Source of the DNA: Candidatus Obscuribacteraceae bacterium
GTDB taxonomy: Bacteria; Cyanobacteriota; Vampirovibrionia; Obscuribacterales; Obscuribacteraceae
Length of the DNA: 64,000 nt
Direction: 5' to 3'
NCBI GenBank assembly: GCA_044229845.1
Contig: JBGASG010000004.1
Location: 320,001 to 384,000, forward strand
Under the pieces are notes generated by a model. The model was not told the DNA's origin. It saw only the letters and a program-made list of their open reading frames with translations, and searched no databases. Of this stretch, positions 37,717 through 48,800 are shown piece by piece. The translations under genes were made by a program, and so were the position numbers. Within the stretch, counting starts at the first letter, position 1; each line of letters opens with the position of its first letter.

Positions 37717-40200
37717 ATGCCAGAAGAAAAGATAGTCGTTACCGTGATTGGCGCCGGCAAGATAGGTTTGCCCCTTGCTTGCCAATTTGCTGCGCGCGGC
37801 GCGCAGGTAATCGCTTGCGACGTGCGCAAAGACGTCGTGAAATCTATAAATCGCGGCCGGTCGCCAATTGAAGAGCCCGGCATCGCCGAGGTACTTAAGA
37901 AAGCTGTTGATGCCGGCCGCTTGTCGGCAACTAGTGATACACCAAAAGCGGTATCAGAAAGCGACGTCGTCGTGGTGGTTGTACCAATTCCTTTGACTGC
38001 CAGCAACGAAGCCGATATTTCGGTCGTGGAAGATGTGACAGCGTCTATCGCCAAAGGACTGAAAGCCGGCACGCTCGTTTCCTACGAAACAACCTTGCCT
38101 GTCGGCACCACGCGCAACCTGGCACGAATTCTCGAGACCACCGGGCTGGTCGCCGGCCAAGATTTCGACCTGGCGTTCTCGCCTGAACGCGTGAAGAGCA
38201 ACATGGTCATGCAACGACTGGCGGAACATCCGAAAGTCGTGGGCGGCGTCAACGACCGCTCCGCCGACCGGGCCGAAGAGTTTTACTCGAAGTACCTGGG
38301 CGCTCCGGTTATCAACGTAGATTCGCTGGAAGCAGCTGAATTCGTCAAGCTCGCCGGGGTCGCCTTCCGCGACGTCAACATCGCACTGGCAAATGAACTG
38401 GCTCGCTACGCCGACGCTATCGGGGTCGATGCCGAACTGATTATCAAAGCCGCCAATACCGATGGCGAGGCAGCCCTGCTGCGTCCAGGCATCGGCGTCG
38501 GCGGATATCGATCGCCTGTCTATCCGCACTTCCTGATTAATGATGCCGACAATCGCGGGATACCCTGCGAGTTGCCCGCCATCAGCCGCGCCATCAACGA
38601 CACGCAACCCAGCTACTTTTTGGACCGTGTGGAAGAAACCTGGAAAAGCCTCAAGGGACAGAGTGTCTTGATGCTGGGATTGGGTTTTAGGCCGCAGGTG
38701 AAGGACAGCTCCAATTCCCCGGCTTTCAAATTGCGCGACGAGCTGAAACGGCGCGGCGCGACGCCTTATGTACAGGATGCTCTCTATACCGACGAAGAAT
38801 TGCGCGAACAGGGATTTGCCACCTGGGAATCCAACTCGCTACCGCCCGTGGTGATTCTGGTCACGGCGCATGATGAGTTCAAACAGATGAAACCAGCCAA
38901 GCTGGCGGCACGCGGCTGCGAAGTATTGGTCGACGGACGCAATGCATTTTCCCATGCCGATGCCTGCAAGAGCGGCTTGATTTACATCGGAGTCGGGCGC
39001 AGCTACGGCATCGACGACAACAATGTCCACAACCGTCCTATTCCATTGACGCGGCCTCTGGTAGCATCGCGCGAGTCGGCCGCGGCTGTATCAGTGATCA
39101 GATCCGGCTCACTCGTGCAAGGTCCGCAAGTAGCCCTGTTAGAAAAAGAATTCAGCGACTACGTCGGCGCCGGCTATGCGTGTGCCGTTTCTTCCGGCAC
39201 GTCCGGTCTGCACCTGGCGCTGCTTTCCTGCGGCATCGGACCCGGCGATGAAGTGATCACGGTCAGCTACAGCGGTGTCGCGCCGGCCAACGCCATTCGT
39301 TATTGCGGCGCCATTCCGGTATTCATTGATGTGGAGCCCGATACGTTCAACATCAACACCGACCAGATCGAAGAGGCGATCACCGAGAAGACCAAAGCCA
39401 TACTGTGCGTACACCAGATGGGCATGCCCTGCGATCTGACCAAACTGCTCGCGCTGGCCCGGCGCAACAAACTGCGCGTCGTCGAAGGCGCCGCCGGCGC
39501 CACCGGCAGCGAGATTTTACTTTACCGTCAATGGCAGCGCATCGGGCGACCGCACGGCGATGTGGCTTGCTTCTCGTTTCACCCGCGCAACCTGGTCACC
39601 ACCGGCGATGGCGGCATGATCACCACCGAGAACGGGGATATCGATCGACTCTGCCGGCTCTGGCGGGATCACGGCACCAACGAACTCGGGCACCACGACT
39701 CGATGGGCTTCAATTACAGATTGACGGATGTATTGGGAGCAATCGGGCGCATACAACTGCAACGACTGCCGGCGCAGGTCGTTCGACGTCGCCAGCAAGC
39801 CGAGCGTTATCACGAATTGCTGCGCTGCATCGAAGGTGTCAACCTGCCGCGCGAGCCTGAATGGGCGCGCAGCAACTGGCAAAGCTACTGCATTACTTTC
39901 GCCAGCGAGCAGCTGCGCGATGCAGTCCAGGCGCATCTTACCGACTTGAAGGTCGAAACGCGTCCGGGCATCAGCTGTATTCACCGCGCCCCGGCCTACA
40001 CGCAGGAGTTGTGGCGGTGCGCCGGAGAGACGATCGAGTCATCAGCTGCGGCAGCGTCTAAACGCCTGAAACAAAGCGAACAATCTCAAGATCGCGGTTT
40101 GATCTTGCCGCTCTTCGATAATCTGTCCGATGCAGATATGCGACGGGTCGCCGACGCCATCGGCAGTGTGGTATCAAAACACGCTCTGGCCAAACTGTAA
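37717..40200 (+). CDS. Fusion of a UDP-glucose/GDP-mannose dehydrogenase family domain and a DegT/DnrJ/EryC1 aminotransferase domain (both catalytically degenerate)
   Basis: GAGKIGLP, FSPER, KL...FRDVNIALANE, DGRN; SSGTSGLHLAL, GDEVI, TTGDGG, GFNYR. Confidence 0.88.
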   Translation: MPEEKIVVTVIGAGKIGLPLACQFAARGAQVIACDVRKDVVKSINRGRSPIEEPGIAEVLKKAVDAGRLSATSDTPKAVSESDVVVVVVPIPLTASNEADISVVEDVTASIAKGLKAGTLVSYETTLPVGTTRNLARILETTGLVAGQDFDLAFSPERVKSNMVMQRLAEHPKVVGGVNDRSADRAEEFYSKYLGAPVINVDSLEAAEFVKLAGVAFRDVNIALANELARYADAIGVDAELIIKAANTDGEAALLRPGIGVGGYRSPVYPHFLINDADNRGIPCELPAISRAINDTQPSYFLDRVEETWKSLKGQSVLMLGLGFRPQVKDSSNSPAFKLRDELKRRGATPYVQDALYTDEELREQGFATWESNSLPPVVILVTAHDEFKQMKPAKLAARGCEVLVDGRNAFSHADACKSGLIYIGVGRSYGIDDNNVHNRPIPLTRPLVASRESAAAVSVIRSGSLVQGPQVALLEKEFSDYVGAGYACAVSSGTSGLHLALLSCGIGPGDEVITVSYSGVAPANAIRYCGAIPVFIDVEPDTFNINTDQIEEAITEKTKAILCVHQMGMPCDLTKLLALARRNKLRVVEGAAGATGSEILLYRQWQRIGRPHGDVACFSFHPRNLVTTGDGGMITTENGDIDRLCRLWRDHGTNELGHHDSMGFNYRLTDVLGAIGRIQLQRLPAQVVRRRQQAERYHELLRCIEGVNLPREPEWARSNWQSYCITFASEQLRDAVQAHLTDLKVETRPGISCIHRAPAYTQELWRCAGETIESSAAAASKRLKQSEQSQDRGLILPLFDNLSDADMRRVADAIGSVVSKHALAKL

Positions 40201-40210
40201 TGGCGAAGCT

Positions 40211-40642
40211 ATGACAATTCCGAAACGCCTTGTTTACCTGATTCTGTTAGCTTTGCTGGCGATAAATCTGCCGCTCGCAGCGCGCGAGTTTCGCCTGTTT
40301 CGCACCGAGACTGATCTTGTCAGTCTGATAGACACGCGTCTCGCCCCGGTGATATCGCAGTTGCCGGCGTACGGTGAAATCGGCTACCAGTTCGACCCCC
40401 GCGCTCAACCAGATGGCTCAACCGCAGGCACACTCTATTCCGTGCGCCCGATGCCCAACCACGACACGCTGGTCAATTTCACCATCGTGCAGTTTGCGCT
40501 GGCGCCGCGCATTCTCGTCAACTCCACTGACTGCCCGCAGGTGGTCGGATGCTTTAACGAGCCAATGCCCAAGCTGGGCAACTCGCGGCTGCCGGTCAAA
40601 GACTTCGGCAACGGCATCTGCCTGATACAGAAAGGGAAGTGA
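40211..40642 (+). CDS. Hypothetical exported/membrane-anchored protein
   Basis: N-terminal hydrophobic helix; QFALAP motif; operonic spacing. Confidence 0.65.
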   Translation: MTIPKRLVYLILLALLAINLPLAAREFRLFRTETDLVSLIDTRLAPVISQLPAYGEIGYQFDPRAQPDGSTAGTLYSVRPMPNHDTLVNFTIVQFALAPRILVNSTDCPQVVGCFNEPMPKLGNSRLPVKDFGNGICLIQKGK

Positions 40643-40645
40643 CCT

Positions 40646-42034
40646 GTGCTCGGCGTGCTCAGCATCATTCTGTCGACCATCTTGGGCTATTTGCTGGTGG
40701 CGCATCTGGTGCCGATGCCTGCGGGATTTTTCCGGCACTTATTAAGACTTTCGCTCGGCAGCGGAGTCGGATTGGGCATTCTGTCAGCGGCGTTTTTCAT
40801 CTTGCGTGCCGCCGGTCTGACGGCACCGCCTGCCGCGTGGGTTTCTTTACTGGCTCTGGCTGTGGCAAGTGCGGTGCTGTTTGCCCGACGGCCCTTTCCC
40901 CGATCTTTTGTTTTGCAGCCGCAATCGCAGCGCGAAGATAAGTTTCTCGTCGGCTGCGCCTGCGTCTGCACGGTTCTAGGTTTCATCATCAACATCGCCA
41001 TTTTTGCGCCCGCTATCTGGGCCCGCCCCTCTGGCGATTTCGATGCTCTGGCGGTTTGGAATCTGCGGGCTCGTTTCCTGACTCTCACTGACACAGAGCA
41101 CTTCCGCGATGCCTTTTCGCCGGACCTGATATACGCACATACTGATTACCCCTTGCTCATACCCGGCAGCATCGCTCAGATGTGGTCACTGTCCGGTGAC
41201 TTCTGGTGGCTGACACCAATGCTGGTGGCAGCGGTATTTTTCCTGGCTATGCCCAGCGTCATGCTCGCCAGCTTCTCCTGCCTGAGGCGCCATTTTCAGG
41301 GTTGTGTTGCGGCATTAGCAACTCTGGGCGGCTTCGGGTATTCGATGTTGGCCGCAGCTCAATACGCCGATGTGCCTATGTCATTCTTCGTGGCCGGCAC
41401 TATTTGCAGTGTCTATTTAGGATTTTCCGCCGGCAGCACTCGTCCGTTTGCGATGGCGGGACTGTGCGCGGGCTTGGCGGCCTGGACCAAGAATGAAGGC
41501 TACGCGTTTTGTCTGGTTGCCCTAACCACAATTATGGCGGCGATCGTCGCGGTGCGCGGCGAGGCGTGCAAGCGGCGTCTGCTGATGCTCGGCAGTGGTG
41601 CGGCGGCAATATTGTGGGTTGTGGTTATCTTTAAACTGTTCTTCGCCGGTCCCGGGGATCCGGTCATGGCCAATGCACCCACGATGGCCCAGCGGTTTCA
41701 CGATCAGGAACGAGTGCTTTACACTGCCACGTCATTTGCGGTATCCGCGCCGACATTCCTGCATTGGCTCGTATTTCCTCTGTTTCCTCTCCTGGCGGCA
41801 CTGCCGTTTGTGGGAGTCGATCTGCGCCGGGGCAACGGCGTGACGGCGATTATCGCAGCGGTCATAGTCTGCCTGATGGTGCCCGCCTACTTCATCGCCT
41901 ACATCGCCTCGCCCTACAACCTGCACTGGCTGGTGGCGTTCTCGGTAGATCGACTGTTCATGCAAATCTGGCCGGCGGCGCTCATGGTCTTATTGCTGAT
42001 TATGAAACCACCGACGCGGTCGACGGTTCAATAA
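40646..42034 (+). CDS. Polytopic membrane protein, GT-C (family 39/ArnT-like) glycosyltransferase
   Basis: Many TM; DALAVWNLRAR, DYPLLIP, YADVP, WTKNEG motifs. Confidence 0.65.
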   Translation: MLGVLSIILSTILGYLLVAHLVPMPAGFFRHLLRLSLGSGVGLGILSAAFFILRAAGLTAPPAAWVSLLALAVASAVLFARRPFPRSFVLQPQSQREDKFLVGCACVCTVLGFIINIAIFAPAIWARPSGDFDALAVWNLRARFLTLTDTEHFRDAFSPDLIYAHTDYPLLIPGSIAQMWSLSGDFWWLTPMLVAAVFFLAMPSVMLASFSCLRRHFQGCVAALATLGGFGYSMLAAAQYADVPMSFFVAGTICSVYLGFSAGSTRPFAMAGLCAGLAAWTKNEGYAFCLVALTTIMAAIVAVRGEACKRRLLMLGSGAAAILWVVVIFKLFFAGPGDPVMANAPTMAQRFHDQERVLYTATSFAVSAPTFLHWLVFPLFPLLAALPFVGVDLRRGNGVTAIIAAVIVCLMVPAYFIAYIASPYNLHWLVAFSVDRLFMQIWPAALMVLLLIMKPPTRSTVQ

Positions 42035-42267
42035 ACGCGGCGGCGGCAGACGGCACAGAAGACGCGCAGCCCATTGGGTTTGTAGAAACGCACTTCGTAC
42101 CAGGTGCGGTCGCGCGCCATATATAAGCGTTCGTCGGCAACACCGCGATAAGCGATGTGCACCTTGTCGCTGCAACAAGGAATCTCGACGTCGGCAGCGG
42201 CGTCGTCCCGTTTCTTCAAGCGAAATTTTTTCAACTGGGCAAGGGCGCGCTTCAGGTCTTCGTTCAT
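42028..42267 (-). CDS. Small Cys-containing hypothetical protein
   Basis: PCC and CAVC motifs; ATGA overlap with the kinase stop. Confidence 0.6.
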   Translation of the reverse strand: MNEDLKRALAQLKKFRLKKRDDAAADVEIPCCSDKVHIAYRGVADERLYMARDRTWYEVRFYKPNGLRVFCAVCRRRVY

Positions 42268-43724
42268 GACCGCTGAGACACCTGCACTTTGACGGGCAGC
42301 CGCACCGTGAACGTGGACCCCTTGCCGGGAGCCGAGTCTACTTCCACCACGCCGTGATGGCGGGCAATAATTTCGCGGGTAATCGCCAGCCCCAGTCCGG
42401 TACCGCCGCCGGTGCGCGTCCGCGCTTTGTCGGCGCGATAGAAACGCTCGAAGATGTGCGGCAAATCGGAGGGATCGATGCCCGGGCCGTTGTCTTGGAT
42501 GGTGACTTCGACGATGTCCGGCTCCAGCACTTTGGTGGCCACCGTGACGGTGCCACCACCAGGGGTGTAGTTGACGGCATTGGTTAATAGATTGACGAAA
42601 GCACGCTGCAACTGAATGCTCTTGCCGCTGACCATCAGCCCCTCGGCGGAGACGAGATCTTGAATGGCTGTGGATTTCTTCTGCGCCTGCGGGCGGATTT
42701 GATCCATCGCATCGTTGAGAATGTCGCTCAGCCTCACCTCTTCCTGCCAGTCTTGCGTGATGCCGGCATCAAGACGGGTGATGTCGAGCAAATCGCGCAG
42801 CAGGCTGGTCTGGCGGTCAACGAGATTTTCCAGCGAGTGCAGGAATTGTTTGCGCAAATCGGGATCTTCCGCGGCGCCGGCTTGTAGCGCTTCGACCACA
42901 GAGCCGATGGCCATGGTCGGCGTTTTCAGTTCGTGGCTGGCGTTGGCGATGAACTCCTGGCGCAGTCTTTCCTCTTCGCGCAAGCGTCCGATCATTTGAT
43001 TGAATGACAAACCCAGTTCGCTGATCTCATCCTGCCGGCGCACCGGCACGAATACCGAAATATCCCCGGACTTGGCAATCTGGCGCGCCATATCGCTCAT
43101 CTCGCGCAGCGGACGAGTCATTCTGCGCGCCACCCATATGCTGATCAAAGCAGTGGCTATCAAAGTAGCGAAGGTCAATTCAAGAAACACAATCAGGTCA
43201 CGATTGACACGCTGGTTGATGTCAGTCAGTGGTACCCCAACGCGAATTACGCCCCCGGTCTGCCCCGAAGAACGCACTGGATATGCCACATACAGCCACT
43301 CGGTCTTTTTCAGGTTGCGGCGATAGTTGGCGGCGATACCAGCCAACGCGTCTTGAATTTCCGGTTGATTGGAGATGTTCTCTCCTTCGCGCAGCGGCTT
43401 GTGTCCTGAGTCTGCGACAACTTTGCCGTTGCTGTTCACAACCGTGATTGCCAGATTGAGTTTGCTGGCATGCCGATAAACAGCGCGTCTGATGCGTTCG
43501 GTAGCCTGCTCGGAATCGAGCTGCATGTCATTGTCGATTTCAAGCGCTAAGTGCACCGCTTCGACTTCCAGACCGTTGCGCAGGTCTTTGATCGACTCGG
43601 CTTTGATGGTTACCAACGCCCAAACGGTAACGCAGGTGAGCGCAAAGGTGACTACTAACAAGTAGGTAACCAGCAGTTGGTTTGCCAGACTTCGTGATAG
43701 CCAGCGATATATCCGTTCGAACAA
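42264..43724 (-). CDS. HAMP-domain sensor histidine kinase (PhoR/BaeS-like)
   Basis: 2 TM, HAMP, H-box ASHELKTP, N-box NLLTNAVNY, DNGPGI, FERFYR, GTGLGL. Confidence 0.93.
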   Translation of the reverse strand: MFERIYRWLSRSLANQLLVTYLLVVTFALTCVTVWALVTIKAESIKDLRNGLEVEAVHLALEIDNDMQLDSEQATERIRRAVYRHASKLNLAITVVNSNGKVVADSGHKPLREGENISNQPEIQDALAGIAANYRRNLKKTEWLYVAYPVRSSGQTGGVIRVGVPLTDINQRVNRDLIVFLELTFATLIATALISIWVARRMTRPLREMSDMARQIAKSGDISVFVPVRRQDEISELGLSFNQMIGRLREEERLRQEFIANASHELKTPTMAIGSVVEALQAGAAEDPDLRKQFLHSLENLVDRQTSLLRDLLDITRLDAGITQDWQEEVRLSDILNDAMDQIRPQAQKKSTAIQDLVSAEGLMVSGKSIQLQRAFVNLLTNAVNYTPGGGTVTVATKVLEPDIVEVTIQDNGPGIDPSDLPHIFERFYRADKARTRTGGGTGLGLAITREIIARHHGVVEVDSAPGKGSTFTVRLPVKVQVSQRS

Positions 43725-43934
43725 AATCCGCGCCCTGCTTGCAGTTCATGGCATCCTAACATGTCCAAATATAACAAGGAAGTCTGCAGCAGGCGGCGCA
43801 TTCGCCCGCTTGCAACGTGGATTAAACAAATTGGAGCTATAGTGTGATTAACTATGCCAAGGCGCATATAATGTGTTCCGCTGGGGCTCGCAACATGCAC
43901 ATGAGACCAGCAACCCGAAGGAGGTCCGCGTCAA

Positions 43935-44258
43935 ATGTCTAGTGTGGCAAACGTTACCGACGCAACGTTCGAGCAAGAGGTACTCAAGGCTGAGGTGCCG
44001 GTGCTCGTCGACTTCTGGGCTCCGTGGTGCGGTCCATGTAAAGCCGTCGCGCCAGTCGTCGAAGATCTTTCCAAAGAGTATGAAGGCCGCTTGAAGGTCG
44101 TAAAGCTCAACACCGATGAGAATCCGAAAACCGCCCAGGCTTACACGATTCGTGGTATCCCAAGTCTGTATCTCTTCAAGAGCGGTCAAGTCGTTGAGCA
44201 AGTCGTCGGCGCCGTGCCGAAGTCGACCCTGGCTAACGCCATCAACAAGCACCTTTAA
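43935..44258 (+). CDS. trxA: Thioredoxin (cytoplasmic)
   Basis: [23 protein letters not shown]. Confidence 0.95.
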   Translation: MSSVANVTDATFEQEVLKAEVPVLVDFWAPWCGPCKAVAPVVEDLSKEYEGRLKVVKLNTDENPKTAQAYTIRGIPSLYLFKSGQVVEQVVGAVPKSTLANAINKHL

Positions 44259-44285
44259 GCCGCGACTACCCGCCTGGGTTTCGTC

Positions 44286-44723
44286 ATGAAGCAAGTCCTG
44301 ATTGCAGCTGTCGCATGCCTGCTGATTGGCGGCTGTGGTGGCGACACGCCCACATCTACATCTGAGTCGACGTCTGCATCTACGCCCACATCTGAGTCCA
44401 CGAGCGGCGTCACCCATGTCACGGACGCCACCTTCGAACGCGAGGTGCTCAAGGCTGACGGTCCGGTGCTCGTCGATTTCTGGGCTCCGTGGTGCGGTCC
44501 CTGTCGAGCCATGGCGCCCACTGTCGAGGAGATCTCGCGGGACTATGCCGGTCGCGTCAAGGTCGTGAAGCTCAACACCGACGAGAATCCCCAGAGCGCC
44601 CAGAAATACCAGATTCGCGGCATTCCCAGCCTCTATCTATTCAAAGATGGTGAGGTCGTGGAGCAGGTCGTGGGAGCCGTGCCGAAGGCGACGCTGGCGG
44701 CGGTCCTGGACAAGCATCTATAA
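44286..44723 (+). CDS. Thioredoxin lipoprotein
   Basis: Lipoprotein signal [19 protein letters not shown] linker, WCGPC. Confidence 0.88.
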   Translation: MKQVLIAAVACLLIGGCGGDTPTSTSESTSASTPTSESTSGVTHVTDATFEREVLKADGPVLVDFWAPWCGPCRAMAPTVEEISRDYAGRVKVVKLNTDENPQSAQKYQIRGIPSLYLFKDGEVVEQVVGAVPKATLAAVLDKHL

Positions 44724-44829
44724 GCCTACCCAGACACCGGGATTCCCCCGCTGTCCGCGCAGAGCAACCAGGATATACTGGGTGTTCAAAGGCTGATGCC
44801 TGCTCATAACCCTGGTTGGACTGCATCTT

Positions 44830-45348
44830 ATGAAAGAAGTATTGATCGCCTTTATCGTCGCCCTTGTGATTGGCGCTGCCATGAATGGATTGGGCATGTC
44901 CTTCTTTCTAGAGAAGCCGTCCACGCCGCCCCAGACAAGCTCTGCCAATCCAGCAGGATCCGATGACACAACCGGAGTCGTAACCGACGAATCCGATGAT
45001 TCGTCAGAGAGCTCATCCGGTCAGAATCATGTCAGCGAAACCGATCAGGACAAATTCGCATCGGAGGTGCTGCAGGCATCCAAACCAGTATTGGTGGACT
45101 TCTACGCCGATTGGTGTGGTCCCTGCAAGCAAATGTCGCCCGTCATTGAGAAACTTGCCAATCAGTACGATGGACGCCTGCAGGTCTACAAAGTAAACAT
45201 AGACAAGAACCCCAAGCTCGTTGCAAAGTACAACATCCAAAGCATCCCGACATTCATCATTTACAAGAATGGCGCCTCGGTGGAGAACTTTGCCGGCTCG
45301 ATGCCGCGGACAGAGCTGGCCGCCGCCATCGACAAGCACATCAACTAA
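44830..45348 (+). CDS. Membrane-anchored/exported thioredoxin
   Basis: N-terminal hydrophobic helix, S/D linker, DFYADWCGPC, IQSIP. Confidence 0.88.
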   Translation: MKEVLIAFIVALVIGAAMNGLGMSFFLEKPSTPPQTSSANPAGSDDTTGVVTDESDDSSESSSGQNHVSETDQDKFASEVLQASKPVLVDFYADWCGPCKQMSPVIEKLANQYDGRLQVYKVNIDKNPKLVAKYNIQSIPTFIIYKNGASVENFAGSMPRTELAAAIDKHIN

Positions 45349-45483
45349 GTAGAAACTCGGCAGTATTTACCCTGTTTTCTTCACGGACTGTTTCCCAGTG
45401 CCGTGGAGTGATCCCAGTCGCTAAAATATCGTTTATTATTGAACAGGACAGGAAACGGGCGCCCCGGGACGCTTTTCGCCACA

Positions 45484-45759
45484 ATGAAGGACCTGCTCAT
45501 CACTCTAGGCTTAGGAATTGTGCTCAGCTGCGCGCTGGGCAGCTTGCTCTACTGGCTCAGCGGCACGAAGGAAGAAGAGAGCAACTTTGGTGTTGGCTGT
45601 GCAGGTGTCAGACCGGGCATTATGGGCGTCGACAAACGAGATTTCAAAATTCCGCCGATGAACGCCGCTGATGGTGCGGTTAATCATGGGTACGCCACTG
45701 ACGTTCTGTCAGGATCGGCGCCAACCAACGTCCGCTATCCAGTGAATGGCGTTTGGTAA
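45484..45759 (+). CDS. Small hypothetical protein with an N-terminal TM
   Basis: MKDLLITLGLGIVLSCALGSLLYWL. Confidence 0.5.
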   Translation: MKDLLITLGLGIVLSCALGSLLYWLSGTKEEESNFGVGCAGVRPGIMGVDKRDFKIPPMNAADGAVNHGYATDVLSGSAPTNVRYPVNGVW

Positions 45760-45808
45760 AGCAACACGCGGGGCCACGGTGCCCTAGAAACAGGAGCTCG
45801 AACGAAGC

Positions 45809-48800
45809 ATGTTAAAGAACTGGGCCAGATGGACTCTTCTCCTTTTGTGGATGGTGTTGCTGGTAGCGACCGTCACATTCTGGAACCCGTTCACTTCGCT
45901 GCCGGCGCTACTTAAGTTTTCGGTACTGCAGGTAGTGGCAGCCGTCATATTCGGCGGCTTCATGATCATGATGCAGTTCTACATCTTGATGGTAATCCTC
46001 TTCCCGATGCCGCAGCGTGCCGACGCAAAAGCACCGAAGAGCCTCGGGCTGAAAATATTTCCGTGGATGTTCAAGAAGACGCAGATCAATCCCAAGGCAC
46101 CGCAATTGCTCAAGGATTTGATCGGCAACGAACCTGCAAAGGTGGAAATCAAAGAAGTGATCGACATGATCGCGCATCCAGATCGATATGCCGCTTCTGG
46201 AGCTGAAGTGCCTAAGGGCATGCTCTTCATCGGACCACCCGGCGTTGGCAAAACTCTGTTTGCACGCGCCATTGCCAACGAAGTTGGAATTCCATTTTAT
46301 GTCGTCGAAGGGTCCAACCTGAGCGGCTTGTTTTTTGGCTTGGGCGTGATCAAGCTCAAGACCTTGTTTGGTCGATTGAAACGCCATAACAAAGCGATCT
46401 TGTTCATCGACGAAATTGATTCGATGGGCGCGAGACGCAGATCCGACTCGGGTATGGGCGCTCAGTCCGACATGAATATGACGCTGAATACATTGCTCAC
46501 CGAGATGGACGGCTTTGGTAGCTCTGCGAACCTTCTGGTGATCGGTGCCACCAATAACGATGCCATCTTAGACCCTGCTTTGATGCGTGCCGGTCGCATG
46601 GATAGGCGCATCTATTTCCAGACACCCTCTCCCGAAGAGCGTCAAGAACTGTTCAAGTATTACCTCAGTAAGGTGGTATACGACCGCAACATAGATCTGG
46701 TGGAGCTTTCCGATCTGACATCTGGTTTCTCGCATGCCGACATTGCCAATATCGTCAATGAAGCGGCTCTGATCAGTCAGCGTCCAAGCGGTCCCCAGCA
46801 AGTCACCACAGATACAGCTAAGCAAGCTCTGGACCGTGTCTCCGTGGGACTGGAACGCTCTTTGATCGGCTCGGGCGTCGAGTTGATCACAGGAGATCCA
46901 ACAGTCAAGTTAGCCGATGTAGTCGGCATCGACGACATCAAACCAGAAGTCACTGAGATTATCGACTTCTTGAGGCAAGGCGATCACTTGAGAAAAATAG
47001 GCGCCAAGCTTCCCAAAGGCGTCCTCCTAATCGGTCCTCCCGGTGTTGGCAAAACCATGTTAGCCAAGGCCATCGCTAACGAGGCTGGAGTGCCGTTCTA
47101 TGGATTGTCCGCGCCTTACATGCTCAGTATGTTTAAGGGTGAAGGTGCAGGCCGGATTCGAGCCCTCTACGCGCAAGCCAGAAAAAGTCCCGCTGCAATC
47201 ATTTTCATTGATGAAATCGACTCCATTGGCGGTGGCAGACAGGAAGTTCAGGGCATGGGCAACCAGCGCACCGAAGAACTCAATCAGATGCTTGTAGAAC
47301 TCGATGGCATAGGACGCAGCAACGTTATTACGATCGGTGCAACCAACCGCGAGCAAGAGCTGGATTCAGCATTTAGCCGCGCCGGACGCTTCGACCGAAA
47401 GGTGTACATCGGACTGCCAGACTCCGAGTCTCGCAAGAAAATTCTCCAGAGCTACTTGAAGAAGATCAAGATTGCGGCGGAGCCCGATCTCGACAAACTT
47501 TCCAAGGACACAGTGAACTTCTCTGGAGCAGACATCGCTGCCGCAGTGAATGAAGCGGCGATACTAGCTGTTCGAGAGAAAAAGGACCACGTTGAAGAAA
47601 AGCATCTTGAGGAGGCTGTGGAAAAAATCTCAGTCACAGCCGGCAACAAGATGAACACAAGCGGCATCAACCTGGCCCGGGTTCCAGATATCGATGTGAA
47701 GCTCGAGCACATCAAAGGTATGGATGAGGCAAAGGCCGAAGCAGCTGAAGTTGTGGCCTTGCTGAAGAACGCTCATCTTGTCCAGCAGAGCGGGCTAAAG
47801 GCTCCCAAAGGAATCCTGCTGGTGGGTCCGCCCGGAACGGGCAAAACTATGCTAGCCAAGGCGATTGCCAACGAGGCTGGTGTGCCATTTTACGCCCTGA
47901 CGGGCAGTGACTTTGTTCAGGTGTGGGTCGGCTTGGGAGCCCAGCGAATTCGTGCTGTGTATGAGCAAGCGCGGCGCAGCGGCAAACCCGCGATTGTATT
48001 CATCGACGAAATAGATGCTCTCGGTCACGCTCGTGGGATCGACCAGGGTGCTGGCGGGAAACAAGAGCACAACCAGACCCTCAATCAGTTTCTCACCGAA
48101 CTTGATGGATTCGGAAAGCACAAAGTGCTCACCATTGGTGCCACAAACAACCCGCAGCTCCTCGACCGCGCTTTGCTGCGACCAGGTAGATTCGACCGAC
48201 GTATCGAGGTACCGCTTCCCAATATGGAAGGTCGCGAAGCAATTTTGCAGCACTATCTCGGAAAGCTAAAGATGTCGGCTGGCGTTAATCTTCTGGAAAT
48301 CGCTCGCATGACGGTATTTCAGTCTGGCGCAGATCTGGCAAATATTGCCAACGAAGCTGGACTGATTGCGATTCGGGAAGGAAGGCTCGACATCAACCAG
48401 AGGGATCTCATCGAAGCAATTCAGCGGGTCAACTTCGGCATTTCACGCAGCCAAAACATCGTCCTCGAAGAACTGTGGGCAACGGCCTATCACGAAGCTG
48501 GACACGCTATGGTTTCGTACTTTAGAGACAAGCGCACCCGGATACAGATCATCACTATCGTCCCGACCGGCAGGGCGCTGGGTTATATGTGGCACGTCGA
48601 TAAGGACGATCTGTTCCACCACTCGCCCAACAAGCACGAGCTGCTAGTCGACATGGAAATATCGCTCGGCGGTTATGCAGCTGAAAACCTGCATCAAGAA
48701 ACAACCACAGCTGGAGTGAGCAGCGACTTGACTAACGTCGGGCGCATCGCACGCCAGATGGTCCGCGAGTGGGGTATGGGCTCCTTCAAGTTCAACGTTG

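Noticed and set aside
44350..44402. Short direct repeats (ACATCTGAGTC x2)
   Set aside because: They encode the Ser/Thr linker of the lipoprotein thioredoxin and are not a CRISPR array or mobile-element end.
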